This document shows, piece after piece, positions 63,821 to 64,000 of a stretch of 64,000 bases of DNA. Position numbers and translations under genes: made by a program. Location: the NCBI RefSeq assembly GCF_006345805.1, contig NC_043007.1, positions 51,150,001 through 51,214,000 of the forward strand, written 5' to 3'. Under the pieces are notes generated by a model. It did not search any database. It was not told the origin of the DNA and saw only the letters and a list, made by a program, of their open reading frames with translations. How positions within the stretch are numbered: position 1 is the stretch's first letter; every line of letters starts with the position of its first letter. Origin of the DNA: Octopus sinensis. Taxonomy: Eukaryota.

Positions 63821-64000
63821 CATCGAACAATACCTTAGGGATGAGAACCCAGGTTCGAAATTTCTCCAAGACGCCTGATGAAGGCTGGACGGTATATCAG
63901 CCGAAACATTGTGTTAACAACAAACATGATGAGGACAAATATCCGTCAAATGTAAATAAGGTAAATAATGTACATAATAACTCATCTCTTAAATATAGAA
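63695..64000 (+). mobile_element. tRNA-headed SINE-like element: Pol III head, (TAA)n spacer, minimal hammerhead, 3' tail
   Basis: A box TGGCGTAGTGG 63702-63712; B box GAGTTCGATTCC 63745-63756; (TAA)n 63772-63818; HHR 63870-63915. Confidence 0.75.
63870..63915 (+). ncRNA. Minimal type I HHR-like motif
   Basis: GACGC-CTGATGA-a-GGCTG-gacggtatat-CAGCC-GAAAC-ATT-GTGTT; 5-bp stems I and II; stem III palindrome AACGTT intact in the 46.18 kb copy but G>A here. Confidence 0.7.

Overview
AT-rich, microsatellite-saturated eukaryotic non-coding DNA. The SINE families resemble those I recall from Octopus (cephalopod) genomes; this is an inference, not a database match. I can support no intact host gene, tRNA gene, rRNA or CRISPR array, and almost all long ORFs in the track are microsatellite artefacts or decayed transposon reading frames. 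The window contains: many tRNA-derived SINEs of three families; seven RLE-type non-LTR retrotransposon copies (Dong/R4-like), mostly embedded in (TAA)n arrays, clustered at 31.7-46.1 kb; Penelope-like (PLE) RT and GIY-YIG remnants; three mariner remnants (one with both TIRs and TA TSDs); three Helitrons with correct A|TC...CTAG/TTAG|T ends; a Merlin/IS1595-type transposase remnant; RTE and CR1-like fragments; and two MITEs. The most striking unannotated signal is about 11 type I hammerhead-ribozyme (HHR)-like motifs from about 8 unrelated repeat families, most with a palindromic (dimer-type) stem III. One family is a tRNA-headed element (Pol III A/B boxes, then (TAA)n, then a minimal HHR) present as a head-to-head fold-back at 63.4-64.0 kb. 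A further copy at 2665-2749 begins 3 nt after the predicted self-cleavage site. All folds were worked out by eye; ribozyme activity is untested.
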